Shown: positions 21,313 to 30,666 of the stretch, in pieces | How the letters are laid out: each line of letters begins with the position of its first letter | Numbering within the stretch: the stretch's first letter is position 1 | Source: Nannocystis bainbridge | GTDB lineage: Bacteria; Myxococcota_A; Polyangia; Nannocystales; Nannocystaceae | Length of the DNA stretch: 64,000 bases | Assembly (NCBI RefSeq): GCF_028368995.1 | Contig: NZ_JAQNDL010000001.1 | Location: 3,744,001-3,808,000 of the forward strand | Reading direction: 5' to 3' | Translations under genes and position numbers: made by a program | Notes under the pieces: generated by a model | What the model saw: only the letters and a program-made list of their open reading frames with translations | What the model was told of the DNA's origin: nothing | Databases searched by the model: none

Positions 21313-22809
21313 TCATCGGTGCGACGGTGATTGATCGGCCAGCAGCCCCACTACCCGCTCGAGCAGCACCAATTGTTCCGGCTGCAGCTCGGGCAAGCGG
21401 GCCACCAGCGCCAGCCGCAGCTCCGCGCCTTGCGGCAGCGGCAGGCTGAGGAACCCCCACGCTTGCGAATCGTCGCCGCTCTTGACCGCCGTCGCCGTCC
21501 CGCGGCGCAGCTCGAACCCTGGCACCCCGATGCGCGTCAAGATCGGCGCCAGCGACGGTGACAGCTCGCGCCAGCGCGCCAGCGCCGGGTCCTCCATGTC
21601 CTTGAAGACATGTTCTTTTCGCCTTGTCTCTTCGGACAGGCGATCGAAGTCGGCCAGCAGCTCGATCACCGCGCGCCTGCGGTCGCGCAGCACCAGGCGG
21701 TCGCCGGTGAACGCCGGCAGGTGGCGCAGCAGCTCGTGGTAGCCGAGCAGCCCCGCGACCACCAGCAGCCCCGCGACCGCGCCCGTCAGCGTCCACCAGC
21801 CGCCGACGCCGATCACGTTGAGCAGCGCCAGCCCGGAGAACATCGCCGTCGTCAGCCACAGCACCACCACCCCGCGGCCGTGGGTGAACCCGCGGGCCAG
21901 CAGGCGGTGGTGGATGTGATCGCTGTCGGGCGCGAAGATCGGCTGCCCGCGGGCGGCCCGGCGCGCGATCGACAGCCCCATGTCGAGCAGCGGCAGCGCC
22001 AGCACCAGCAGCGGCAGCGACACATCGATGATCGCCACCCGCTCCGGCACCGGCGCGATCTGCAGCAGCAGCGCCGGCAGCAGGAACCCGAGGAAATAGC
22101 TGCCCGCGTCGCCCATGAACACGCGCGCCGGGTGGCGGTTGTGCACCAAAAACCCGAGCACCCCGCCCAGCGCCGCCGCGCTGACCCACCCGAGCGCCAG
22201 GTCCGGCTGCGGGTGCAGCAGCGTCGCCACCAGCACCACCGCCAGGCCGATCGCCGTGTTGCCGCCCGCGAGCCCGTCGAGCCCGTCGCTGAGGTTGATC
22301 GCGTTGACCGACGCCACCAGGAAGCCGAGCGTGATCACCGGCTCGATCGCCGCCAGCGGCCCGAGCAATTCGGCCAGCGCCGGCCAGCGCAGCCCGACGG
22401 CGAACACCGCCACTCCGGCTGCGAACAATTGCAGCGCCAGCTTCACCCGCGCTCGCGCGCCGACCAGATCGTCGTAGAGCCCGACCAGCCCGCACAGCAG
22501 CGCCCCGAGCAGCGCCCCGCTCAGCGGATTGCGCGACAGCCACTCGTGCACGAGCGACAGCTCGCTGGTACCGACCAGCCCGCGGAACGCCACCGCGCCG
22601 ATCGCCACCATCATCACGAACCCGCCGACCCGCGCGATCTCGCCCTGATGGACCTTGCGCAGGCTGATCTCGCGGTCCGAGCGGCCCAGCGCGCGCCAGC
22701 CCCGGATCGCCCACGGCATCGCCACGGCCACCAGCACGAACGCCACCGCGACCGCGATCCACAGCACCCACGTGGCGGCGCTCACCGGGGCCCCCCGGCG
22801 TTCCCGCAT
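21313..22809 (-). CDS. WecA/MraY-like glycosyltransferase family 4 with C-terminal extension
   Basis: GLYDD, NAINLSDGLDGLA, FMGDAGS, PDSDHIHHRL; start uncertain. Confidence 0.88.
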   Translation of the reverse strand: MRERRGAPVSAATWVLWIAVAVAFVLVAVAMPWAIRGWRALGRSDREISLRKVHQGEIARVGGFVMMVAIGAVAFRGLVGTSELSLVHEWLSRNPLSGALLGALLCGLVGLYDDLVGARARVKLALQLFAAGVAVFAVGLRWPALAELLGPLAAIEPVITLGFLVASVNAINLSDGLDGLAGGNTAIGLAVVLVATLLHPQPDLALGWVSAAALGGVLGFLVHNRHPARVFMGDAGSYFLGFLLPALLLQIAPVPERVAIIDVSLPLLVLALPLLDMGLSIARRAARGQPIFAPDSDHIHHRLLARGFTHGRGVVVLWLTTAMFSGLALLNVIGVGGWWTLTGAVAGLLVVAGLLGYHELLRHLPAFTGDRLVLRDRRRAVIELLADFDRLSEETRRKEHVFKDMEDPALARWRELSPSLAPILTRIGVPGFELRRGTATAVKSGDDSQAWGFLSLPLPQGAELRLALVARLPELQPEQLVLLERVVGLLADQSPSHR

Positions 22810-22838
22810 CCACGTGCGCCGACGTTCACCCGGCGATC

Positions 22839-24032
22839 CTACCTCATGTCGGTCGCAGCTCGCTCGATCCGGACCTCGGGCCACGGCGTCACCGTCGCCG
22901 CCGGCAAGCCCAGTCGTCGGCGCAGCGCCGCCACGCAGCGCGAAGCCGCGCGACCGTCGCCGTACGGGTTCTTGCGCGGACAGACCGCCGCGTAGGCGGC
23001 CGGGTCATCGAGCCAGCGGCGCGCCGTGGTCACCAGCAGATCGGTGTCGTAGCCGACCAGCACCGCGCAGCCGGCCGTCACACCCTCGGTGCGCTCGGTG
23101 GTCGTGCGGGTCACCAGCACCGGCTTGCCGAACTCCGGCGCCTCCTCCTGGAGCCCGCCCGAGTCGGTGATCACGAACATGCAGCGCTTCAGCAGCCACA
23201 CCGTCGCCATGTACTCGAGCGGCTCGAGCAGGAACACGTTGCCGAGCCCCCCGAGCTGCCCGCGCGCCGCCGATTGCACCGCCGGGTTGAGGTGCACCGG
23301 GTACACGAAATCCACCCCTGGATAGGCGCGGGCCAGCGTGGCGAGGCCGGTGCACACCGCTGCCAGGCCGCCGGCGAAGCTCTCGCGGCGGTGGCCGGTG
23401 ACCAGTACGAACGGCCGGCCCTTGGTGAAGCGCATCAGCTCCGGCGCCGGCGCGCCCTCGAGCGGCAGGCGGCTGGAGGCCCAGCGCAGCGCGTCGACCA
23501 CCGTGTTGCCGGTGACCTCGATCGCCTCCGGGGCCACGCCCTCGCTCAACAGCGCCTCGCGGGCCAAGGGCGTGGGCGCGAGGTGGAGGCTGGCGAGGCG
23601 GGCGATCAGCTGGCGGTTGGCCTCCTCGGGGAACGGCGCCGTCAGGTCCTGGGTGCGCAGGCCGGCCTCGACGTGGGCGACGGGGATCTTGCGATGAAAC
23701 GCCGCGAGGGCGCCGGCGAGCGCGGTGGTGGTGTCGCCCTGGACGACCACCCAGTCGAACCGCAGCGCGTCGAGCACCGGATCGATCCCGTCGAGCAGGC
23801 GCGCCATCAGGCTCGAAAGCGACTGCGCCGGCGTCATCGCGCTCAGCTCGACCTCGCACTGCAGCCCGAACGTCTGCAAGATCGGCGGCACCAGCTCGCG
23901 GTGCTGCCCGGTGCAGCACAGCGACACCTGCCAGTCGGTGTGCTGCCGCAGCGCGCGCTCCACCGGTGCCAACTTGATCACCTCGGGTCGAGTCCCGAGA
24001 ACGATGAGGATCCGGGGCCCAGTGGACGGCAT
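22839..24032 (-). CDS. wecB: UDP-N-acetylglucosamine 2-epimerase (non-hydrolyzing)
   Basis: GTRPEVIK, TGQHRE, VQGDTTT, HVEAGLR, TDSGGLQEEA, NPYGDG. Confidence 0.95.
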   Translation of the reverse strand: MPSTGPRILIVLGTRPEVIKLAPVERALRQHTDWQVSLCCTGQHRELVPPILQTFGLQCEVELSAMTPAQSLSSLMARLLDGIDPVLDALRFDWVVVQGDTTTALAGALAAFHRKIPVAHVEAGLRTQDLTAPFPEEANRQLIARLASLHLAPTPLAREALLSEGVAPEAIEVTGNTVVDALRWASSRLPLEGAPAPELMRFTKGRPFVLVTGHRRESFAGGLAAVCTGLATLARAYPGVDFVYPVHLNPAVQSAARGQLGGLGNVFLLEPLEYMATVWLLKRCMFVITDSGGLQEEAPEFGKPVLVTRTTTERTEGVTAGCAVLVGYDTDLLVTTARRWLDDPAAYAAVCPRKNPYGDGRAASRCVAALRRRLGLPAATVTPWPEVRIERAATDMR

Positions 24033-24050
24033 CGGCGCGACCCAGATAGC

Positions 24051-25337
24051 ATGTCCGAAAAGCCGGTGACCATTTCCCTGAACGATCCCCAACCCGACGG
24101 TGCGGCCGCGCTCGATCTCGACGTCTGCGTCGTCGGCCTCGGCTACGTCGGCCTACCTACCGCCGCCGTCCTCGCCACGCGCGGTCGTCGCGTCGCCGGC
24201 TTCGACCTCCGCCGCGACATCCTCGACACCATCAACGCCGGGCGGATCCACATCGTCGAGCCCGAGCTCGACGCCCTCGTGCGCGCCGCCGTGCTCGCCG
24301 GCACCCTGCGCGCCGTCCCCGAGCCCGTCCCCGCGCGCACCTTTTTGATCTGTGTACCCACACCGATCACCTCCGACCACCGCCCCGACCTCGCCGCCGT
24401 CGAAGCCGCCAGCCGCGCCCTCGTGCCCGTGCTGCGGCCCGGCAACCTCGTCGTCCTCGAATCCACCGTCCCGCCCGGGACCCTGCGCGACCTCGTGGCC
24501 CCGATCCTGCGCGAGAGCGGCCTCGTCATCGGCAAGGACCTGTTCGTCGCCCACGCCCCCGAGCGCGTGCTGCCCGGCGCCGTGCTGCGCGAGGTCGTCG
24601 AGAACGAGCGCATCGTCGGCGGGCTCACCGACGCCTGCACCGACCGCTGCGCCGTCTTCTACGAGGGCTTCGTGCGCGCCGAGGTCCACCGCACCAGCGC
24701 CGAGGTGGCCGAGTTCACCAAGCTGGCGGAGAACGCCTACCGCGACGTCAACGTGGCCTACGCCAACGAGCTGGCCAACGTCAGCACCCACCTCGGCCTC
24801 GACGTGTGGGAGGTGATCCGGCTGGCGAACCGCCACCCACGCGTCCAGATCTTGCGCCCCGGGCCGGGCGTCGGCGGCCACTGCATCGCCGTCGATCCGT
24901 GGTTCATCGCCGCCAGCGCGCCCGAGCACACCCCGCTGATCCAGGCCGCGCGGACCGTCAACGACGGCCGCCCCGAGCGCGTCCTGGGCCAGATCCGCCG
25001 CCTCGCCGGCAAGCTGCGCGCGCCGACCATCGCCCTGCTCGGCCTGGCCTACAAGCCAGACATCGACGACCTGCGCGAGAGCCCGGCGCTGCACATCGCC
25101 GAGGCCGTGCACCGCGAGTCCCTCGGCGACGTCCTGCTGGTCGAGCCGCACCTCAGCGCCTCGCCGATCGCCGGCTGCCCGCTGGTCGGGCTCGACGACG
25201 CGCTCGCGCGGGCCGACATCCTGGTCCTCCTGGTCGCCCACCGCGACTTCCGCCGCCTGCGCTCCGCCGACCTGCTCCGCGTCATGGTGGTCGACACCGT
25301 CGGCCTCCTGGCCGGGGCCGACAACAGGCGCGTATGA
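24051..25337 (+). CDS. wecC: UDP-N-acetyl-D-mannosamine dehydrogenase
   Basis: GLGYVGLPTA, PERVLPG, PGPGVGGHCIAVDPWF, YKPDIDDLRESP. Confidence 0.92.
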   Translation: MSEKPVTISLNDPQPDGAAALDLDVCVVGLGYVGLPTAAVLATRGRRVAGFDLRRDILDTINAGRIHIVEPELDALVRAAVLAGTLRAVPEPVPARTFLICVPTPITSDHRPDLAAVEAASRALVPVLRPGNLVVLESTVPPGTLRDLVAPILRESGLVIGKDLFVAHAPERVLPGAVLREVVENERIVGGLTDACTDRCAVFYEGFVRAEVHRTSAEVAEFTKLAENAYRDVNVAYANELANVSTHLGLDVWEVIRLANRHPRVQILRPGPGVGGHCIAVDPWFIAASAPEHTPLIQAARTVNDGRPERVLGQIRRLAGKLRAPTIALLGLAYKPDIDDLRESPALHIAEAVHRESLGDVLLVEPHLSASPIAGCPLVGLDDALARADILVLLVAHRDFRRLRSADLLRVMVVDTVGLLAGADNRRV

Positions 25338-26947
25338 CCAGCTCGCGGCTCTTCCGTCACGGTCCCGGGACGCTCTTCCGCACGGCCTCGCACCTGCCTC
25401 CGCGGCAGATCGCCTACCAGCTGCGGCGGCGCCTCGGCGGCCCCGCGCGCCGGCCCAAGGCCACCAGCCTCGAGGGCGTCACCGGCCTGCTCGCGCGCCT
25501 GCCCGCGCCCACCCCCGAGGGCGAGCCGAGCCCCGATGGCGTCTGTCTCTTGGGACAGCCGCCGCACGACCCGCTGCGCGCCGGCTGGGACCCGCCGGTC
25601 GGCCCGCTCTACCTCTACACCTTGCATTACCACGGCTGGCTGCAGCGGCTCCCGCCCGCGCTGGCCCTGGCGACGATCGATCACTGGATCGTCCACCACC
25701 CCGAGGGCGTCGGCTGGGAGCCGTACCCGACCGCCGTGCGGGCGCTGCACTGGCTCGGCTGGCTCTCGGGACATATCGACGATCTCGACGGCATGACCCG
25801 CCGGCGGCTGCTCGCCTCGCTCGCCGGGCAATTGCGGCACCTCGAGCGCCACCTCGAGCTCCACCTCGACGGCAATCACCTGTGGACCGACCTCGCCGCG
25901 CTGGCCGCCGGCGCGCTGGCCCTCGACGGCCCGCGCGCCCACCTGCTCGCGCCCGCGGTCGCCCGCTTCGCCGCCGTCACCGGCGAGCAGCTCGCGCTCG
26001 ACGGCTTCCACCGCGAGCGCACGCCCTCCTACCATTGCCTGCTCGCCGAGCAATTGGCCGGCGTCGTCGCGCTTGGGCCCGAGCGCGTCGACCCACGCGC
26101 CGGCCGGGCGCTGCGCGACAACCTCGCGCGCATGCTCGCCGTACTGCCGGCCTTCGCCCACCCCGACGGCGACGTCGCCCTGTTCGGCGACAGCCAGCGC
26201 GGCCTCGTCACCCCCGCGGCGCTGGCGACTCGCTGCGGCATCAGCCTGTCCCAGGGGACAGATCACAACGCCCCCGCCTCCGGCCTGTTCCGCCGCGCCT
26301 GGGGCCCGTGGACCTTGCTGTGGAACGCCGGCGGCCTCGGCATGCCGCAGCAGGTCGGCCACATCCACGCCGACTGGCTCGGCTACGAGCTCTCGCTCGG
26401 CGGCGAGCGGATCGTCGTCGACGCCGGCGTCGGCACCTACGAGGTCGGCCCCGAGCGGGCCTACGCCCGCAGCACCCGCGCCCACAACACCGTCACCGTC
26501 GGCCCCGGCGACGCCGACCAACATGAACTTTGGGCCAGCCACCGGATCGGCGGCCGCGGCGAGCTCGTCGACCTGTCCTTCGGGACATCCGAGGTCTCGG
26601 CCGGCGTACGCGGCTTCCGCTCGCGGGCGGTGCACCACCGGCGGCTGGCGTGGGACGGCCGCTCCCTGCGCTGTAGCGACCGCGTCCTGCCCGATCACGG
26701 CGAACCTGTCCCTGCGACCATGCGGATCCACCTCCCGCAGACCTGTGTCGTCGCGGTCGACGGCCCGGTCGTCCATGGGCGCACCCCCGGCGGCCGCGGC
26801 TTCGCCGTGCGCGGCCCCGCCGACCAGCGCTGGCAGGCCACCGCCGCGGCGGGCTGGACTGCCATGTCGCGCCCGGCCCCGCGCCACTGCCTGGCCCTGC
26901 CGGTGGGTCCCGGCGGCCTCGAGATCGCCTTCGAGCTCGAGACCTGA
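25334..26947 (+). CDS. Heparinase II/III family protein
   Basis: ATGA overlap with wecC stop; WEPYPT, LDGNHL, GHIHAD, VDAGVGTY, RSTRAHNTV. Confidence 0.85.
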   Translation: MTSSRLFRHGPGTLFRTASHLPPRQIAYQLRRRLGGPARRPKATSLEGVTGLLARLPAPTPEGEPSPDGVCLLGQPPHDPLRAGWDPPVGPLYLYTLHYHGWLQRLPPALALATIDHWIVHHPEGVGWEPYPTAVRALHWLGWLSGHIDDLDGMTRRRLLASLAGQLRHLERHLELHLDGNHLWTDLAALAAGALALDGPRAHLLAPAVARFAAVTGEQLALDGFHRERTPSYHCLLAEQLAGVVALGPERVDPRAGRALRDNLARMLAVLPAFAHPDGDVALFGDSQRGLVTPAALATRCGISLSQGTDHNAPASGLFRRAWGPWTLLWNAGGLGMPQQVGHIHADWLGYELSLGGERIVVDAGVGTYEVGPERAYARSTRAHNTVTVGPGDADQHELWASHRIGGRGELVDLSFGTSEVSAGVRGFRSRAVHHRRLAWDGRSLRCSDRVLPDHGEPVPATMRIHLPQTCVVAVDGPVVHGRTPGGRGFAVRGPADQRWQATAAAGWTAMSRPAPRHCLALPVGPGGLEIAFELET

Positions 26948-26985
26948 GCCCGGCGGTCCGGGTGCTGTGCTAGATCGGTGCGCGC

Positions 26986-27579
26986 ATGACCGCGACAACT
27001 CGCACGCCCGACGCTGAAGTCCACCCCATGTTCCTCGACCGCTGGTCGCCGCGCGCCTTCCGGCCCGGGTCGCTGACCGACGCGCAGCTCGCCAGCCTGT
27101 TCGAGGCCATGCGCTGGGCCCCGTCGAGCTACAACGAGCAGCCGTGGATGGTCGTGTACGGCCACGGCACCGGCACCGACGATCACAAGCGCGTGCTCGG
27201 CTGCCTGGTCCCGTTCAACCAGTCCTGGGCCCAGAGCGCGCCGCTGGTGATGATCCTGTTCGGCCGCCGCCGCTTCGCCTCGTCCGGCAAGGCCAACCGC
27301 CACGCCGGCTTCGACTGCGGCAGCGCGTGGATGTCCCTGGCCCTCCAGGCCCGCGTGCTCGGCCTCCACGCCCACGCCATGGCCGGCTTCGACGAGGCCA
27401 AGACCTACACCGAGCTCGGCGTCCCCGAGCCCGACTTCGAGGCGATGGCCGCGATCGCCGTCGGCGTCCAGGGCGACGTCGCCGACCTGCCCGAGGGCCT
27501 GCGCGCCCGTGAGGCCGCCAGCAGCCGCGTGCCCGCGGCCAGCTTCCTCCACCGCGGCCGCTTCAGCGCCGCCGGCTGA
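26986..27579 (+). CDS. Nitroreductase family protein
   Basis: RWSPRAF, WAPSSYNEQPW, HAMAGFD. Confidence 0.92.
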   Translation: MTATTRTPDAEVHPMFLDRWSPRAFRPGSLTDAQLASLFEAMRWAPSSYNEQPWMVVYGHGTGTDDHKRVLGCLVPFNQSWAQSAPLVMILFGRRRFASSGKANRHAGFDCGSAWMSLALQARVLGLHAHAMAGFDEAKTYTELGVPEPDFEAMAAIAVGVQGDVADLPEGLRAREAASSRVPAASFLHRGRFSAAG

Positions 27580-27602
27580 CCTCCGCAGCCGCCCCGAACG
27601 AC

Positions 27603-27914
27603 GCACGAGGTGTTCCGCAAAGACATCTCGTGCTGTCTCTTCGGACAGCTTCGCGCGCCGCGCCTGCCGCGATAATGAGATGTCCGCAGCGACATCTTCC
27701 GCCGCGGCCGGCGGACCTCCGGCGCGTCTTCCGGCCCACGCACGGGATGTCCTTGAGGACATCTCCGGCCCGCGCACGAAATGTCCTCACGGACCTTCCG
27801 GCCCACGCACGAGATGTCCTTGAGGACATCTCGTGCTGTCTTTCAGGACAGCATCGCGCCGCGCCCGCCTCACGCTAGATGTCGCAGGGACATCTCGTGC
27901 TGTCTTTCGGGGAG
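27603..27914. repeat. Composite REP/BIME-like array built around the TGTC-N6-GACA motif
   Basis: GACATCTCGTGCTGTCT x3; ~33-bp tandem CCGGCCCRCGCACGRRATGTCC x3; five perfect motif copies. Confidence 0.85.
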
Positions 27915-28137
27915 CCCGAGCCGGGCCACCCCATGCACGAGCTAAACTCGGGAATACCCGCCCCGCTCGACCTGTCCCTCGCGCCAGGTCCGCGCCCACA
28001 CCGGGCGCGCAGACTTCGGCCGCGCCATCCCCGCCGCCCTCCTCGCCGCGCCTGCCCGTGCGCTCCGCCTCACCGCCGCCTGCACGGCGCGTGTGCCGAC
28101 CTTGACCCTCGCCGACGCGTGCGCATGGTGGCTCATC

Positions 28138-28869
28138 ATGCAATGGTCATGGTCGCTTGGCCGACTGTTCGGCATCGAGACGCGGGTCCACGCCTCCTTC
28201 GTCCTCGTGCTCTTGTGGGCGGTTCTGAGCAGCTACGGCGGCGGTCCGGCCGCCGTGATCTACGGCCTCGCCTTCCTCGTCGCGGTGTTCGCCTCGGTCG
28301 TGGCCCACGAGTTCGGCCACGCCCTGACGGCGCGCAGCTACGGCATCGCTACCCGGCAGATCTTGCTCCTCCCGATCGGCGGCGTGGCCCAGATCGAGGG
28401 CGCGCACATGCCCCCGCGCGAGGAGTTCATGGTCGCCCTCGCCGGCCCGGTCGTCAGCTTCCTGCTCTCGGGCCTGTTCTTCGCCCTTTCCGCGCTGACC
28501 GGTGACCTCTCGCCGCACTCGTTCCTCGGCGCGCTCGCGTGGGCCAACCTCGGTCTCGGCGCTTTCAACCTGCTGCCGGCCTTCCCGATGGACGGCGGTC
28601 GCGTCTTCCGCGCTCTGCTGTCGGCGCGCATGGGCCCGCTGCGCGCCACCGAGATCGCCGCCGCTGTCGGCAAGTTCGCCGCCTTCGGCCTCGGCGCCTA
28701 CGCGATCGCCAGCGGTCGCACGATGATGACCGTCGTCGCCGTGTTCCTCTGGTTCGCCGCCAACGGTGAGGCCGGCCTCGCCGCGCGCCGCTACAGCCGC
28801 GGCACCGACGACCCCGCGCAGTGGCGCCGCACCAGCGGCTTCCCGCCTCGCGGCGGCCGCGGCTGGTGA
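28138..28869 (+). CDS. Site-2 protease (M50 peptidase)
   Basis: HEFGH, AGPVVS, FNLLPAFPMDGGR. Confidence 0.92.
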   Translation: MQWSWSLGRLFGIETRVHASFVLVLLWAVLSSYGGGPAAVIYGLAFLVAVFASVVAHEFGHALTARSYGIATRQILLLPIGGVAQIEGAHMPPREEFMVALAGPVVSFLLSGLFFALSALTGDLSPHSFLGALAWANLGLGAFNLLPAFPMDGGRVFRALLSARMGPLRATEIAAAVGKFAAFGLGAYAIASGRTMMTVVAVFLWFAANGEAGLAARRYSRGTDDPAQWRRTSGFPPRGGRGW

Positions 28870-28931
28870 GGCTTGTGAACGTCGTCTCCGGCCCCCACGG
28901 CGCACGTGGGGCCGGCTGATACGCTGCCTCG

Positions 28932-30374
28932 ATGCCCCAGCCCGCGCGCCTCTCCGCGGCCCTCCTGCTCGCCTGCGCCTGCACCTCGAGCCTCGGCGAC
29001 GGCACCGACGCCACCCCGACCACCGGCCCGTCCTCCACCGCGACCACCGCCGAGCCGACGACGTCGACCCCGACGACCACGGGCGACGAGCCTGTCTCTT
29101 CGACCAGCTCGACCTCCGGCACCACCACCACCGACGACCCGACTTCGGGCACCGGCACCACCACCGGTGGTCCGGTCGCGCCGACGGTGATCCTCCCGCG
29201 GGCCGCGATCGAGCCCGGGGAGCTGGCCGTGCTCGCCAACGACCAGGACCCGCAGTCGATGGCCGTCGCCGCCCACTACATGGCCGCGCGCGGCCTGCCG
29301 GCGGACAACCTCGTCGTCCTCAGCTTCACCCCGCCCGGCGACGCGCTCGCGGCCGACACATTCGCCAGTCTCAAGGGCCAGGTCGACGCCGCCCTCGGCC
29401 CCGACATCCAGGCCCTGGCGATCGCGTGGACGAAGCCCTACCGCGTCGAATGTCAGTCGCTCGTCAGCGCCCTCGCGCTCGGCCACGACCCCGCCAAGTA
29501 CTGCAGTCAGCCGTGCACCGAGACCGCCCCGAGCGGCTACTACGATTCGCCCTCGCTGCGCCCGTTCACCGACCACGGCCTGCGCCCCGCCATGCACCTC
29601 GCCGGCACCTCCTTCGAGAACGTGCAGGCGTTGATCGATCGCGGCGTCGCGGCCGACGGCACCGCCCCGGGCGGCACCGGTTGGTTCGTGCGCACCACCG
29701 ACAGCGCGCGCAGCGTCCGCTGGCCCTCCTTCGTCACCACCGTCGAGCAGTGGAGCCCGCAGCCGCTCGCCCTGCAGTACGTCGACAACGCCATGGGCAC
29801 GGGCTCGGACGTGCTCGAGGGCCAGACCGACGTCCTCTTCTACTTCACAGGCCTCGCCGACGTGCCCGGGATCGCTGGCAACACCTACCTGCCCGGCGCT
29901 GTCGCCGACCACCTCACCTCCTACGGCGGCCAGATTTGCGACAGCGGTCAGATGAGCATCTGTCGCTGGCTCGAGGCCGGCGCCACCGGCAGCTACGGCA
30001 CCGCGACCGAGCCTTGCAACTATCCGGCGAAGTTCCCCGAGACCCAGGTGTTCCTGCCGCACTACTGGCGCGGCGAGACGCTGATCGAAGCGTACTGGAA
30101 GTCGGTGAATTGGCCCGGCGAGGGCGTATTCGTGGGAGAGCCGCTGGCGCGTCCGTTCGCCGGCGCCACCGTCGAGTTCGACCCCGATACGCTCTCCCTC
30201 CAGATCCACACGCGACAATTCGCGCCGGGCATCCTTTACACCATCGAATCGGCGCCGGCCGAGCAGGGCCCGTGGACCGCGGTGGGCGATTTCACCCCGA
30301 CCCTCGACATGGTCCACGAAATCGAGATCGCGGACGCCACGGAGCCCTTCTACCGGATCGTCGGCCCCGGCTGA
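28932..30374 (+). CDS. TIGR03790-family lipoprotein with Thr-rich linker
   Basis: Lipobox LACAC; PGAVADHLTSYGG, WLEAGATGSYGTATEPCN..KFP, GEPLARP. Confidence 0.8.
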   Translation: MPQPARLSAALLLACACTSSLGDGTDATPTTGPSSTATTAEPTTSTPTTTGDEPVSSTSSTSGTTTTDDPTSGTGTTTGGPVAPTVILPRAAIEPGELAVLANDQDPQSMAVAAHYMAARGLPADNLVVLSFTPPGDALAADTFASLKGQVDAALGPDIQALAIAWTKPYRVECQSLVSALALGHDPAKYCSQPCTETAPSGYYDSPSLRPFTDHGLRPAMHLAGTSFENVQALIDRGVAADGTAPGGTGWFVRTTDSARSVRWPSFVTTVEQWSPQPLALQYVDNAMGTGSDVLEGQTDVLFYFTGLADVPGIAGNTYLPGAVADHLTSYGGQICDSGQMSICRWLEAGATGSYGTATEPCNYPAKFPETQVFLPHYWRGETLIEAYWKSVNWPGEGVFVGEPLARPFAGATVEFDPDTLSLQIHTRQFAPGILYTIESAPAEQGPWTAVGDFTPTLDMVHEIEIADATEPFYRIVGPG

Positions 30375-30567
30375 ACTATTGTCATTCGCCGGATCGCCCC
30401 GGCGACGCTCGTGAACATCGTCAGCGCCGGACCGCCTTTGCACATCGCTCCATGACGCTTCGGGACCCCCACTGGGGTCAACGGGGAGCACGTCGGGCGC
30501 TGGTGAATGACGGGCGAATGCATGTTCGGGACGCCCCCGATGAGCGGCGCGCCGCATTATGCACACA

Positions 30568-30582
30568 TGTGATCTGATTACA
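30568..30582. promoter_or_regulatory. Candidate operator palindrome in an AT-richer upstream region
   Basis: TGTGATC-T-GATTACA imperfect inverted repeat about 85 nt upstream of the di-heme protein gene. Confidence 0.35.
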
Positions 30583-30666
30583 GTCTTCCCATGACATTCA
30601 GAAATCACCATACCAGACATCGAGGGTCCTTGTCGGCGGCGGCGACGCCTCGGTACTGTGACTGCG

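Noticed and set aside
27603-27914. Possible CRISPR array
   Set aside because: No constant repeat with unique equal-length spacers, intervening sequences are themselves repeated, and no cas genes are present
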